A DNA stretch of 64,000 nucleotides from Phoronis australis (lineage: Eukaryota; Animalia; Phoronida): assembly GCA_002633005.1 (NCBI GenBank), contig NMRA01000017.1, forward strand, positions 1,332,545 through 1,396,544. The letters run 5' to 3'. A program made the position numbers and the translations under genes. Positions 40,744 through 54,634 of the stretch are shown one piece after another (the first letter of the stretch is position 1; each line of letters begins with the position of its first letter). A model generated the notes under the pieces. It was not told where the DNA came from and did not search any database. It saw only the letters and a program-made list of their open reading frames with translations.

Positions 40744-40898
40744 GTAGCTTGAAGAAGACTTAAATTATTCGTTCCAGCAGATTCGCACAGGTCAGAAGTC
40801 GTCGGCAAGGGTTTGACGTGAGCAACAGTAGCCCCAGGAGGACGAGGCTGTAGAGGAGCGGGAGCAGTGACGTCATTTGACAAATCAGCGTCCGCCAT
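40744..40898 (-). CDS. First coding exon of the large nuclear protein (MADADLSNDV...LLQAT)
   Basis: caacATGG Kozak context, 155 nt open, donor AC|gtatgt. The phase-2 join to 35180 restores the frame. An upstream acceptor ttttcaag| at 40916-40917 implies a 5' UTR exon. Confidence 0.75.
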
Positions 40899-43435
40899 GT
40901 TGAAATAAACGACGACTTGAAAACCAGATCAAAGTCTGAAATAATTAACATGCACAACATACTTTAGAAATTGAGTAAGGAACTACGAAGCAAAATTTAA
41001 ACTAACACCATAATCACGAATAGCGAATACGGTAAACAGAACACGCAACATAAATACTGACCAAATACCACGGACTCTGAGGATTCAGGTCAATCTTGCT
41101 ACACCCGAGGTCGAGGCTGAAGACATTACAAGAGCGGAATGAGACTCAATGTGAAGGGATCGGTGTAAATCAGTACGCGCACAGTTTATCACAAAGCATG
41201 ACAACGCAAATAAAATAACTAGAACGAAACCAGAAGTACTAACACTGTGCTGGGAAATATATGAATTTGCAGTTCACCAGCACGCACTCCAAACGATGAT
41301 AATCGGGTTGACAATACCCGGATGGCTTTTGTGTGGCTTTGATGTAGTAGCAATTAAAACATTTCGAATGCATGTAATTGTTTCTTCAAGCTCATAGAAA
41401 TTTATTAACATGATCTTAAATTGACTGTGTCGTGTTGACATGTGAAAACGAACAGCTGCGAATTGACAATCTGACAATATAACTCTGACGGTTTCATCAG
41501 GATGTCATTTGTTTTGGCCGCAGACCACCAGTGGAATGCGGATTCATCGCCACCGGACCAGGCGAAATCCTCGGTTCCGTTGGCAGACTTGAGGAAATAA
41601 ATGTGAGTGTCCAATTCGTGGTTTCTCGACGCAGCAGTATGCATATGTCGTGCTGCATTGTTCATCAGTAGCCTTCATAAGAGAGTTCATGTGACTGAGA
41701 ATGTTTGTGTTAGGCCTACACTGCCCGGTGGGATTTATCGCCTTGACCTCGATAACTGTTTGAAATTAGGTCACACCATACGAGAACTTACTTAACGGGA
41801 CAAAGGCTGTGAGTCGCGGTAAAACATTATGACAGAGTTTAAGCGATGCTGAGAATGGGGCAATTGATGGATTTAATTTACGTTATCGGTGCTGAATATG
41901 TCGTACATATTGCTGAATTGACGCCTATGTCCCTGTGCAGACTCATCCTAATGGCAATATTTTGTCAGTGCAAACGTAGCTCTAATAGACATGCGAGAGC
42001 TCAGCCGGGGGGTCTCCCATCGAAGACTCGTCGCTCAGTAGTCGTGAATTTCCCGATCAAATTCCTTACGAATAGATGATTTTTCTGATTTAATTTCCTT
42101 CGAAAGGGATCTTTTAAGTTGGAGTTTTAATAAAATGTCCATTTTACGATAAGATAACTCTACGCTTGAGTTTTGTATTACATCTACGTTAGTTATGATT
42201 GAGTAGCGTATTCAGATAGTCTTTATACTGAGTACTATTGCAATAAAACTGTAGAATTTGTCTCAGTGAGGGCTAGAAACCAGTAAAAGTAGGTTAAAAT
42301 ATTCAGGGATCATTTCCGAAAAACGGGGCTATGGCCGCGTCAACTCAACTCAGTGACTGGCATGGCCCCAAATCTATGGGCCAATGCGGAGACCGCCATT
42401 TGTCATGCTAGGTTTCCTGTTCATTTTAAGGAGGCGTCATTTTCAAGTATGTAATTTCTACTACAATCTAGTACGTTATGTAAATAATGATTGGTCTAAA
42501 AGGCTAACTGCAGTTAAACTTAATCAAAAGGGCAAAGAATCGGCTATTGGATATACTTTTTCACAGTAGAACTATGCTAGAATCCATATTGCTAACGTTG
42601 TTGTCTTGGTCATTTGTTCTGACCACAATGTCTTTATAATAGGATATGAATGCAACACATATTATTCCAGACAAATTAAGGCACGCTTACTAAATTGGAA
42701 ACACAGTGAATAAACTTTTTGTACGGGCGAATACCCTACAAACTGTCCCAAGTGTGGCTGGAAGCCGAGACATGGCTTCCAACATTTAGTGGTGATTTGC
42801 CCTGTCTATTAAACGCTTTGCAGCCTTCTACTGAGTAGACGGATGCATAACCTATCTGGAGGAAATCACCAGGTCCTACAGAATTGACAGACTTTCCGAC
42901 TTCCTCAGGCATTGGAAGATTTCACTCACGAGGAACAACTTGCCGAAGGGCTGTCTTGAGTCATTCAATGGTGATCACGTGCAATAGGCGGAGCTGCAAG
43001 TATGGCCTTGCACACCTGGTGCTCCGCCAAAGGCATTAGGCCACGGCACCAGTGTATTAATTCTTCTAGAGAAGGCTATGGACACAATCCTCTGGAAAAA
43101 AGCGACCTCATTGGCACTTAATAGTTTTTGCTGTTTTTGAACTTGAAAAATCGGTTTAGCAGTTTGTTCCATACAGTGTACAAAACTAACCTGAAATATG
43201 AGCACCATACTGGGCCAAGACTTTAAAATCCTTGCACAAAGATTCCAAATTAGAAATTTTCAGGTTTTACGACTACCAGAAGTGCAGCCGAGTATGTCAA
43301 ATCAGCAGTTTTCACCTCAAAATCACCATTTGCATGCGATTACTACGAACTGAGAATCAGACTGCTAAAACTCTCCGGATTACCGAAATCAGGTAAAAAG
43401 TGGGTGTCGATCAGCCATTTTTCTGCAGTAGTAGT

Positions 43436-44510
43436 ATGTATTATTTATTTATTATAGTGACAAGTACAATTAAATCAAACAGTTACAGGTATAACATTCG
43501 TAAGAAAGATAAGTACCCAGCCCAGTTGGGCTTATTAGTCACTTTAACCACACAACTCAGATGCAGGCCTACCATAAATGCGTCGGTTTCTAAGTTCAAA
43601 AGCAGACTTGATATATTTGGCAAATTGCCTAGGAAAATACTGAAATAGCAGTTTCAACGTATCTAATCTACTGAAATCTACGAAGTTCAGGATTTGAAGT
43701 GAGCCAGAAGAGACCGCTCGGAACGAGATAAATTAATCTTTACATACGGCTCAGTTAAAAACTCGTGCTTAAATAAAATGTAGGTTCTTAACTTGGGTTT
43801 AGTTACAACAGATTCAGCCCAAGCATGTTTCGCGTATTCAAGTAGTTTGTTTCTAGCATCTTTTATGTTACAAGTAATCAAATTTTTAAAACTGGATTGC
43901 ATGCCAGTTATGTTAAGCAAATTTTTGATTCCGTCTATCCAACCCTTTCTACCAACAGAGTAGTCCCAAAGACATACCTTCTTCACTAACCTATCACCAC
44001 CAGTGGTTACTAGTTTGTTCCAAAGACGCAGCATATTCAATTTAAATCTATTTCCGGTGGAGTCCCACCCCATATCGCCACTAAAGCATGAGTGGCTGTA
44101 AATTGGTTGACCCCTAAATAAAAACGCATCGCTCTGTTTTGGATATTTTCATCATTACCAAAATTTTTGTAACCCCAAACAAATGACCCGTAATCCAAAA
44201 TTGGTGCCACACACGAATTAAGTAATGTTTTAAACGTTTCGAATCCTAGATTCTTGTTATCACGGAATGTTGAGCATATCTTCCCTAACGCTCTACCAGA
44301 AGCTTCAGATAACGTATTCAAATTTTCTTTGAAGTCAAAGTGGTGATCCAGAATACAGCCTAAATATTTGTATGAGGATTTATAACTGAAGACACTGTGT
44401 TCGAAATAAATTCAAAATTGCTTCTAGGCATAGACTTAGCTCGAAAATGGACAACATTAGTTTTTATTGCCATTTTCACAACCATTCTCCACTTTTTGCA
44501 AATCCAAAGT
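43436..44510 (-). mobile_element. 3' fragment of a CR1/L2-group LINE (RT C-terminus)
   Basis: YKYLGCI.D, SCVAPILDYGSFVWG, IQNRAMRFYLGV, RLWNKL, PKLRTY..FK..EPY; AT-rich (taaa)n tail near 43440. Confidence 0.8.
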
Positions 44511-47500
44511 GTCCGAAGGGTACCTCAATTTCCTCTTATGAATTTCAACTTCCAGCTTGCCGCAAGCAGTAAAGGTTTAAGACAAGTGACGATTGGGCAA
44601 AAAATAGGACAAAGTGTCAACAGCTGGCAATCTTTCACACAACAGACTTGAAACATACTGCACAAGACTTCAAATGCCTAACCAACCCAGCAGTGCCAAT
44701 TTTTTAATGAAATTAGGGGAGGGAAGCGAATTCAACCGAGGCTTAATAATGGTGAGTGTCATTTTATGAGTGACAACCAAATTCTCTATAGATGGGTTCC
44801 AACAAGATCTTAAATGGTGCATGTTTATTCTATTGATTCTCTAGAAAGGTGCAACCCGTCAAAACTAGTGAAGTCCTACATTTCAACAGGAAGTGTGTAC
44901 TGCCAAAAAGAGCGTGATTAAGAATTCGATAAATCAGTGATTGAATAGGTGTTATCAGGTCAATAACAATTTTTATCCATGGCGGTTAGGTGTAGCAGGA
45001 GAAAACACTACCGGCCTTCATCCATTTTGGGTCGTCTATCTCCCCGGTCTCCAGTCGCCAGCAGTTCCTTTCGCATGTTTCTTAACTTCACAACCCATTC
45101 TCTACACCCATCCTCTTTCCTACGCTAGTCAACAATAGGGTGTGTTGTCTTACTTATACGAAAACTCAGAATTTTGTTAAATGGCGCCCAGGTTCCCGTC
45201 CGTGACACACCTTAGGTGTAATATGCTCCTGCGCAATAATGGGACTGTTGACTACGCTGTTCGGTATTGTTGCCAGAGCAGTCGTAGGTCAATGCAGGTT
45301 CGTTTCGTTGTTTTGCGTCTGAATTTTTGGATAACATTTCTGTTGTTACTGCAATGGCTTGCAATATGTTTTGAAAAATTTGAAAGAAACTAAAAACTGT
45401 CGGATTAATCATATTGAATCCTAGATATCCCGGAAGGTTGGGGACCACAGAAGGAAGGTGAGTTCTCAAGACCAAGAGTTAGTGTAGTTTTAGACGCTAC
45501 ATAGTTTTATGGCGGTGTAAAATTGATATCACACCGGTATGGAAAGCCAATGGGGGAACAGTTACAGGACAAAATTTTCTATTCAGGAATTAAATTCTTT
45601 GCAGGGCCAAAAAGTATACTCAAAACCAAAATTTATCGCGCCAGAACCTATAATTTATCACGTCAAGAGCAAAATTTAACACGTCAGGATCGAAAATTTA
45701 TGACGCACGAGCCTGTGCCATTTCTGGGCGATCTTAGGGTCTTTTAGATACTTAAAGAATGAAATATCAGTTCGATTGCTACTACTGCATCTTCTGCACA
45801 AGCACCTTTCCCTAATACTCGTCACAAGCAACATTCAACTTTCTTCAAGACTACTCCGGCTCTTGGTTGGTATAGGACATCGCAATAGCGGAGAATGGGC
45901 ATGGTGACTTTTTTAATTTTCGCGCATATTTCTTGATTACAAGCGCACAAATTGAAAAACAAATACTTAATCATACCAAAATTGTTGGTAAGTGACCTAA
46001 TTCAGGCATTTATGACTATGGTGTGAAGGGTTTAAATTACTAAAATTTGCACGCCTAGAATTGCCATGCTAGTTTATTTTCAAGTCTACCTTGTCAGGAC
46101 TTCTATAACTGTCCGAAAAGAGCTGTAATACCAACGCGAAAGGAGAATCTTCTATCGGTAAGCTCCGCGAAAATATCTGCTTTGACACAGCAGATTCAGT
46201 TTATGTGCATCAAACCTTATTAACAAAAATTGGCCATTTTTACAATATTTCACGTGTCTAGCAAAACACCTTCAAATACAAAGTATACACCGTGTAGCGA
46301 GAAAAAGATTTAGCAGAACCACCTTGGAACCGCACAACCGCGTGGACGTATTTGTTTTTTACGATCCGAGGTCAAAGGTTACAGATAGAACGGTGCAGGG
46401 GAAAACATAGACAAAACGTAGTTTTGATCCTGAGAGAGTTGTGTGTCTACATGCTTACATGTACGACCGCTGCAATGATAACGAATGCTACGAGTCGCCT
46501 CACGCCTCTGTGGTCACGAACACAGCAAGTTGTGAAAAGAGATAAATCCTCATCCAAATTCCTCAATTCAATAAGTGAACTGACATTTCGCCGTTTCGAT
46601 CTCATGCTAACGACATGCTTTAACCATCGACTCGACACTTGTTATCCAGTTATCCATTTCTTGCTTGGTTTCGTATCAGTATCAGGTCCGGCACGTGATG
46701 TGTGCAGACTATGCGTATAACATTGAACTGTAGCCTACTTTTAAGTAGGTCAAACAACAGTACGGTGGATCCCACCTCGTGGCTGGGGACGATACGTTTT
46801 AATGATAATCAAGTTAATTACGCACTGCTAATTCAGTTGACATTGCGAGTGAATGTTGAAATATCTGACATGGTTAAGGCATGTATAGGTTATATTGAGT
46901 GAAAACAGGTTTTCAGCGAATACTAATTAACTTTTATATTTCCACTCGTCCCAATTAAATCAGCTTTTTCTCGTCTTCGGCAAATCGACTTTGTTTAAAC
47001 TGAGGAACACGAGTTCTCGAAAAGGGCTTGATGGACTTCGCTGAAACTTTCCAAACATAACATTTATTCATCACTGAATGTCAAAAAGTTGTTAGATTTC
47101 AGATGGACCTAGTTTTTGCGTAATGTAACAAAGACGAATACAACTTCTATTTTTTCAAAAATACCTTACATTTTGTTAGTTGATTTGTCATGGCAACCAA
47201 GACAAATCGAAAATTCCTAATAGCGTTTCTGAGATAACTAGTGAAGTTTTTAGTTAAAAATTTTCATTAAAATCGACGGAGGGGTTATTTTGCTATGAAT
47301 GTACCTTTCTTAAAAATAAAATTTAGACTTAGAGCTATTAACTTAACAATAATAATGGTACAAGAATACAAAACATGCTTTTTATATTCCCTTAGCCTTT
47401 TCCTTTCAGAAAATCAATACTTTTACTGGTTGACAAAGTTTAGTTTTTAATATACGAGTTTGAATGGGGTCCACTAAATAAGGTTTGAAATAACCTTAGA

Positions 47501-47682
47501 GAGTCCGTTGTGTTTGTATGATAAATGCGTTTTTCGCCTTTTCATAAATCGGTTTGCATATCACAGTTCTCGATATACAGTAATAAACGCCGTTATCATA
47601 TATATTGGTGTATGTTATGACTCATTCAGCACGATTAAAGTTCATAAAAGTATGAGTCGTTACTGAACTTATTTGAGATGAA

Positions 47683-48822
47683 AGGACAAGGTTTCGCCAG
47701 CGTCCGTTGGCTCTTTCAAGCCTGTGCGACCTCTGGTGGATTCGATCAGAGTTAAGAAAATTGGCGGGAAACTTTATTAAAAATCCTGTCCCTGGTGTGT
47801 AATAGGTTGAATCTCGAGCCTCCTCTTCGGTTCAGCGATTGATTTTCAATTCTTTCATATATTTATCAATCCCCGTTCAAACCTTTTCAAGGATCAGTAC
47901 ATCGTCACGGTCAAAGCTGATCCCTGACAGTGAGTAAATACGGCTGAGAGTCCTGTCACCGTAGCTATACGCTGACGATGTTGAGACAACCATGCTTTCA
48001 TGGNTCTGTTCACTGGACGACGAACTGTCCTCTTCACTGGGTGTCGAACTGAGCCTGTTATCACTCCCACTACTCAATATCGCTGCAGGGCTGCTTAGAG
48101 GCTCTGGGCTGGAAAAAACAGCACAGGGCGAATCACTACTGGTTCCAGGAATTGCACGCTCTGGGGTACATTCGGAGGCACGGGTGACAGTAGATGAAGT
48201 GCCTCCACTGGCTCCAGTCACTGTACTGGCCACAGCTCGCGAGGCTTCTCGCTTCAAAAACGCACTTCTCGGGGGGTGGCGACGGGGCACTGCCGGGAAT
48301 CAACACAGACGGAATGGCATCTTTCTTCAGGCGTTGTTTCGCAGGGACCTTCATCAGTTCAGCGTACAAATCCCTTTCGTAATCGGACGGCAGAAAGTGC
48401 TTGCCACACACGCGGTAATTCTCCAATGCTTTGTACGTTGCGTTCTTCACACGAACGAGCCAAGTACGGCGAACTGTGTCATCCATCGGAAAGCGATGCA
48501 AAGGTACCCAAAAGCGCGCGTGAGCCGATAATTAGTACATCCCGGTACGCAGCAACGGTGTGGCATGTTGACTGACTAGTAAATGAAAGCAAACGACGAC
48601 GGAACTTAACACAACCGAGGTAGAACAATGGCAGCTCTCACAGTCAGACTATATGAAAAGAAATTGGCGCGAAATGCTTGCCTCCTAAAACGTCACTTCC
48701 GGAATAGCGGACGAGTAATTAATAAAATTACGAAAAGCTATAATTAAGTGGAAAATATGTCTAGGATAATCAACCAACCTTATTTTAACTCAAAATGACA
48801 TGGAAAAAGGTTGCCTTCGCCT
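47683..48822 (-). mobile_element. Second THAP-encoding non-autonomous element (Kolobok-like)
   Basis: ATG at 48566: MPHRCCVPGCTN /frameshift/ LHRFP..W..RV..RVCGKHF..DY..LKKDAIPS is a complete THAP signature. The right terminus reads aggcgaagg on minus; the left end aggacaagg is tentative. Confidence 0.7.
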
Positions 48823-51800
48823 TTAGCCTTAACTAAACCATAACTTTAACTGTAACCGACTCGTGCATGGGTGTAAGTAGTCTCTTGCAATGATCTGGAA
48901 CTTTTCTTCAATTCAAACACATTTTTAATCTTTACGAAATCTACCCAGTCATTCTACAAACATACACTCTAGGCTCAAGAATGTTCCAGACTACATCAAT
49001 CACTATACTAGAATCTTACAAAATGTTTCACACTATTCACATTAAAAAAATACACCATGTAGGAGCAAATAACAATGTATGACCAAACCGTTAGCTATTT
49101 TGATTGAACTATCTCCGACGGGTAATTCGAGGCTGCGAAAATACTCGGAGTGTTGAAAAAACGAAGCAAAAGTTACCATTAACCTGTCTACGGATGTTGG
49201 CATAACATAAAAAATAGGTGGCATACGTTGTACGATATAATAGATAAAATATCTTGAAACAAATCATGCCGAGGAAGCCATGGCCTAATAGTCGTCTGGG
49301 TAGTTACATTTTCAAATGTTCCCAAAGTGCGTTAAGTCACCTAACAGGCCATAGCATTACATGCCAAGTAAAAATATCTAAGCCTGCGTGTTAGGGTTGA
49401 ACTTAAGCGAACCAAACTACCGTGCGATGGGTCAACAATAGAATCGATAAAATAGCACATCGGTGCATCTGGAACACTTTGTAATATTGTCGTAGTCTCA
49501 TGGGTATTTTCGTAGCCTCAGTTTGAATCTACGACAATATCCGAGGTGTTCTGAATGATACCATTAAAGTTGCCGAGTAGTTACCAATGACAAAACACGA
49601 TACACGAATGAGCATTTAAGCGAGTTTCTTGTAATTGAATGTGTAGTTTTCGCCTTATGTTTTCTAGGAAATAGCCAATCCTAGACCATGCTCGACATTT
49701 GAACCATTTAATGATAACCAAAATAGCAAATTGCCTTCTTCAATTTGAGTACTTGTAATAAAAAATAAACAAAAACTTATAAATTTTGTGTGACGTCATC
49801 AGTGAAGGTCCGGTCTCTGCCATTGTATCGTTTTACACCCGGCCTGCCGTGAGCCCGAGTGGTCTCTAAAAGAGTCGGAATATCGCCTGAGACGACTATT
49901 ATGAATAGGTGTGTGTGCAAAAGATGCAGTAATAGCAATCGGGCAGACAGCTTTTCATTTTTTGTTTCCCAAAGATCGCACAGAAATGACACAGGTTCGT
50001 GCGTCAGACACGGGTAGGGCAGTGCACAGCGGAGCAAACGATCTGTCATGAAGCCAGCCCACTTCGAAGAATCAAGCTTTGACCTAACGTAGAAACGAAG
50101 ATTTGACGATGGTTTCTCCAACGTGTAAGTGTATTTGATGGAAGAAGGAGTGAATTGTGCTTCACACTGCAACCAATGTGATGAGCTATCCACAGTACAT
50201 TTCAAAGCTACGTGATAGATGTTTGGCCATTTTTCATCTATCAGAAAACAAATTTAGGATGGATACTTGAAGTAGGTGAGCGCATTTTTCGTAAACGTTA
50301 CTGCACTCTGAATTTTTACTGAAGAATATCCAATTACTGAAGAAGATCTAATTAATTATAATATAGAACAATGTATAGCCTGACTAAATTATCCACAGCA
50401 AGTGTGAGGAATCCATATTCTAAAACCTTTCTCTTTATAGGGTAGAAATCTTTTGAATTGTTGAAATTATTTCCCTAATGGCTTTCTACTTTGATATGGC
50501 TCTTATGCATTTCGGTTGAAAAATGGCGGAGTTGCGAAAAGTTTTAATGACAGTAAATTCTATGGCAAGTATACACACCAGAACAAACGAATGTAAGCAA
50601 TTCTCACGCATGCGCGGAACAACCTCAGCGGAGGCAGGTTGGCATTCCAAGGCTAAAGTATACTTCTAATTCACGGGGCGGACATTAAAATCCAAAGCGA
50701 GGCCCACTGCCATAAACAAAGCGGAAGTTGATATTGCATGAGTTAATGGCTGATCTTTTGAAGTCAACTTGGATATTAAATCTTAAAAAATGTGTCAATA
50801 ATTAACCACAGAAACGTAGAAAAAATACATTAGAGAACAAATGAATGCACCAAAGAGTTGTCTGATGAAAGGCTATACGTTTTTTCGGAAAACTACGTTC
50901 TAAAGATGAAAGGTAAACATGACTAAATTGCGGCGACCGTGCTACAACGGATTTAGGTACATGTTGAATGCGGGTAACTTTTCTTATTTTAAATTGTTGA
51001 TAAAATGTTTTCTACTCGAACCAGAAAATCTGTTCGTATTTTTGGCGAGTTGAAGATATATTTGATAGTGGTGGCTCATCACATTTTGCTGTTATGTGCG
51101 AGTCAGTCACATTTGGTTTAATTTGTTGATCAAGAATATTAACATCAAGCATAGCCTAGGCCCTGGAGGTAGGGACAACCGTTACTAACAGTTGATTTGT
51201 CATTGATCTGCAAGAATGATTGATGTTATTATTATATTTTTATTAAAATAAAAACCAGGCTGGTAATGGGTGCTAAAAATCATTTGACCGTCAATTCTGC
51301 TTTCTTGGTTTTATTTTTTACATATATTTCATTTGTATTCTTGTGGGTTTCAAAGGTCAGTCTGGATCAAGTGGAATTTTAAAATTAAAACACCCAGTTA
51401 GTTCGTCCAAAGCATACCCTGAAAAATAACCCATTTCGTTTTAGATTTTCAATTAACAGGGCAGACCAAATTTTCAATCACTTGAGAGGAATTTTTAGGC
51501 CTCGTGAGGGGAATTTCGTGTAATGTTTGAATATTTTGAGAGGGGAATATAGGGTCGATATTCGGCCCCAAAAACGACTCCAGGGATATTGATTGCCCTG
51601 CCCTTTTTGGAAAGTAATAGCTTCATCATGTTTTAACCAGCAGTCATGAAAACACGTACAGCCTGGCTGGCCGAAGATTTACCGGTCGTTGCTATGATGC
51701 TCGGCTACCGAGATGAGACAAAATGTGATCACACTTTCGAAAACATTTATCAATTTTACCCTTAGTCGCGACGTACATGGCAACGACCCAACCCTTCCGA

Positions 51801-53733
51801 ATCTCAACGTCTTTAGGGATTGTAAAAAGACAATTGTTCGCTTTTTTCTATCGCCGTTCGAGCAACGCGAAACACAACAATGCGGAGCTATCGTTGTGAG
51901 CCTCGTTTTGGAGGGCGCTTCTTGTCCGCGGGAATTAGGCCTATAAATAAACTACATCGGTGATCCGCAGTGGCTGGAAACACGCTTGTCTTGCTAAGCA
52001 CCACAGTCTCAAGCGTTGCTATTATCACAATCCAGGAAATGAGAACTTACACTTCAATAGAAATAAGGCTATGTCTGCCTGATGTTGGCATGTAGATTTG
52101 ATAGCATCGGCTATTTCGAGAACCAGAAAATCACACTTCGAAACTTGCACTCACATCTATTGCAGTCCACCACCGTAGTGCCGCAGTTGCACGGAGACTC
52201 GCTGGGGTAGAAAGTCAGGCTTGACATGCTCAAGCATTTTCAACGCAAAAAGAATGGCACCAAACTGTAGCCAAGTTTTCATTACAACCCTGAGTGAAAA
52301 CTGGAAAACCGGGCGAAGCATTGCACAATCTTGGCAAGAAACCCCTGGACGATGTCGCACAATGAGGCCGTTTCCCCCACCCACAGTCTGTTTCATGGGG
52401 AGCTTATGTCGCTCTTACAGTATAACGAATTCAATAAACGATTTTTAAGGAATTGCAAAACACTTCATGGTACTTCGCAGCGGAAGGATGGACGGTAAAA
52501 TTTGGCAATGGCGGGGTATGATCTAGTTCAAAGCAACCTAACGAACTTCGGCGAAGTCTGGAAAACAACAAAAAATTCACGCCATAGTGTGACAATGACT
52601 TGAGGGGGCGCTCAGGCGTTCTGAGAACAAGTTTAATGTTACGAAGCCCCAACACATAAACAAATAACAATACTTCAATCATGCTTATTTTCAGGCACTG
52701 GATATAAACGTTGATCGAGTTCGTATTTCCAGTCCAGATGTCTTTGCCCTTGTTGGCTGTGCTTCAGCGTGCGGTTACGGTTACAACAAGGGCCCACGAC
52801 AGTGACAACATCCACTCATGTCCGTGACGTTTCTCCACGCTGTTACAAAAATGGACTTTGCAGCATACTGTTGTCGACGTAGGAATGCAGACTGCACGGC
52901 AACCTCTTTCGATGACACCTTTATTTTTCATCACCTGTGTATGGGAATATTCAAATTCGATCAGAAGTCCCAAACAATTTGCATATTTGGCTCATTTGTA
53001 ATTCCTGTAATGAAATGTTAAGAGTAAATTTAAAAAAGAGAGATATAATTCATACGACATATGACCATTGTTTTTGAAAAAGAATCCAAAGAGTTTTGAT
53101 AATTATCCTTGCGACAGTAATTTATAGAATGTTCTACCACTTGATATTTGCTGACTACATAAGTGTTCTGATTTTTAAAAAATTCCAATGGTTTTCGAAA
53201 ATGTCCGAAATTGAAGTTTGTAACGAATTCCAATAGGAGTAAACTCGACAAAGCTAGTTACCAAAAATCTTCATTGACCTCATTTTGTGTCATTTCTTAC
53301 ATTCACATATTGGAGCGGTGAGGAACCAAATTGTTCACTTTTTAATAAAACCACGAAAATTTCAGTATTAGTCAGTCAGGCTATGTACCCATCGTTATCA
53401 GCCCTTGAGAAACTAGTTGTCATTTTGTATTTTTAAAATGTCTACTCAACAACTTTGACATCGCATATTTCATTTTGTTTAGCATATAAAACATTACTTT
53501 CACCATAAAATCTTACAGAAATCGGAAACTGACGTTTTTATATTGCTCCCGCCAGGGGATATGTCAGATGCCAATTTGGGCAACTGAACGAAGGACGGTT
53601 CGAAAAAAGTTTGATTGAGGGAGTAGTTGTTCGAACTTGGAATGGTTATGACATCAACGACCTCCTAAAGTGCCCTCTATGGGGAAAAGTACTTTTTGAT
53701 GGCTTAATAAGTGAACAAGTATTATGAAAATCT

Positions 53734-53840
53734 CTGACCTCTTGTCTATTTACATTGTGACAATGTAAATAGACAGGAGGTCAGTGTAAATACACCAAGA
53801 GATTTTAACACGCCACCACCTCAGAGTGGTTTTAGAAAGA
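53734..53840 (+). repeat. Solo pLTR fragment of the 56.6-kb Penelope-like family, with a 25-bp-arm hairpin
   Basis: ctgacctcttgtctatttacattgt-g-acaatgtaaatagacaggaggtcag, followed by cgccaccacctcagag.ggttttag matching 56625-56700 in reverse. Confidence 0.7.
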
Positions 53841-53984
53841 CATTAATCAGTGCAAGACATAAATCTTCTGGCGCATGAAGGACCTAAGTGATGGCCATTG
53901 ACTCTACAGGGCCAGTTGAGACGGTGGTACTGATGACAGGCTGACCAGGCCTCAGCTGTGATCATTAGCCTGGAAAAATTATAA

Positions 53985-54371
53985 ATGAACGCTTGTCAGG
54001 CACAGGATCTGCCTTTTCAACGTCTGTACCCAAATAAAATGCCAGATCTGACCGACCGTGAGAAGGTTACAACAGCTCAGTCCAGAGTCCTGAATATGCA
54101 AATGAAATTCAAAGACAAAGACGTACCTTTTGTCTTAGAAGCCAAGTACCACAGATATAAAAATAGAAAGACAAAGATTGTGAGGAGTGACGAATCCACA
54201 CTTTTCAGAGATGTTTTTATACAGTTTAGTTTGAAGTTCATTGAATCAAAGCTTCTAACACATGGAGATGTCCTTTGCCTTTCAAAACTAAAGCAAGACT
54301 TTGAAGCTGTTCTTCAGAAAGCTGCTGTGCATGAAGTTATTTGGACAGGCAATCTTAAGAAAGACAGTTGA
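53985..54371 (+). pseudogene. Fragment of a large transposon-type protein (Academ-like N-terminal region)
   Basis: D..VLEAKYH motif followed by F..FIE..L..G.V..LS.L, a pattern seen in such giant TE ORFs; truncated. Confidence 0.4.
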
Positions 54372-54634
54372 AGCTACTCACTGTTGTAGTTTGTGCCCGA
54401 CTAAGAGATACGAAAGTGAATTGAGACTAGTGTTCTATAATTCACTTGCTGACTCTAATTAACACAGCCCATTATAACATATTTTGAATCAAACGTTTGC
54501 CCAAATCCTGCCCGCCTCCAAACAAGGACTTAGTGTTTGACCCTTCATTGCCTGCTAGCCAAACACCAGCAGGCAGTGCTGTACCCTCTCTAATCGACTA
54601 TAGTTGGCTCTTTGGTGGTGGAGCTTTGCGTTAA

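Noticed and set aside
42380-42405. CCAAT plus YY1-like (aaatggcgg) motif as promoter of the large gene
   Set aside because: Such short motifs are frequent in this window's repeats, and no linked 5' exon could be defined.
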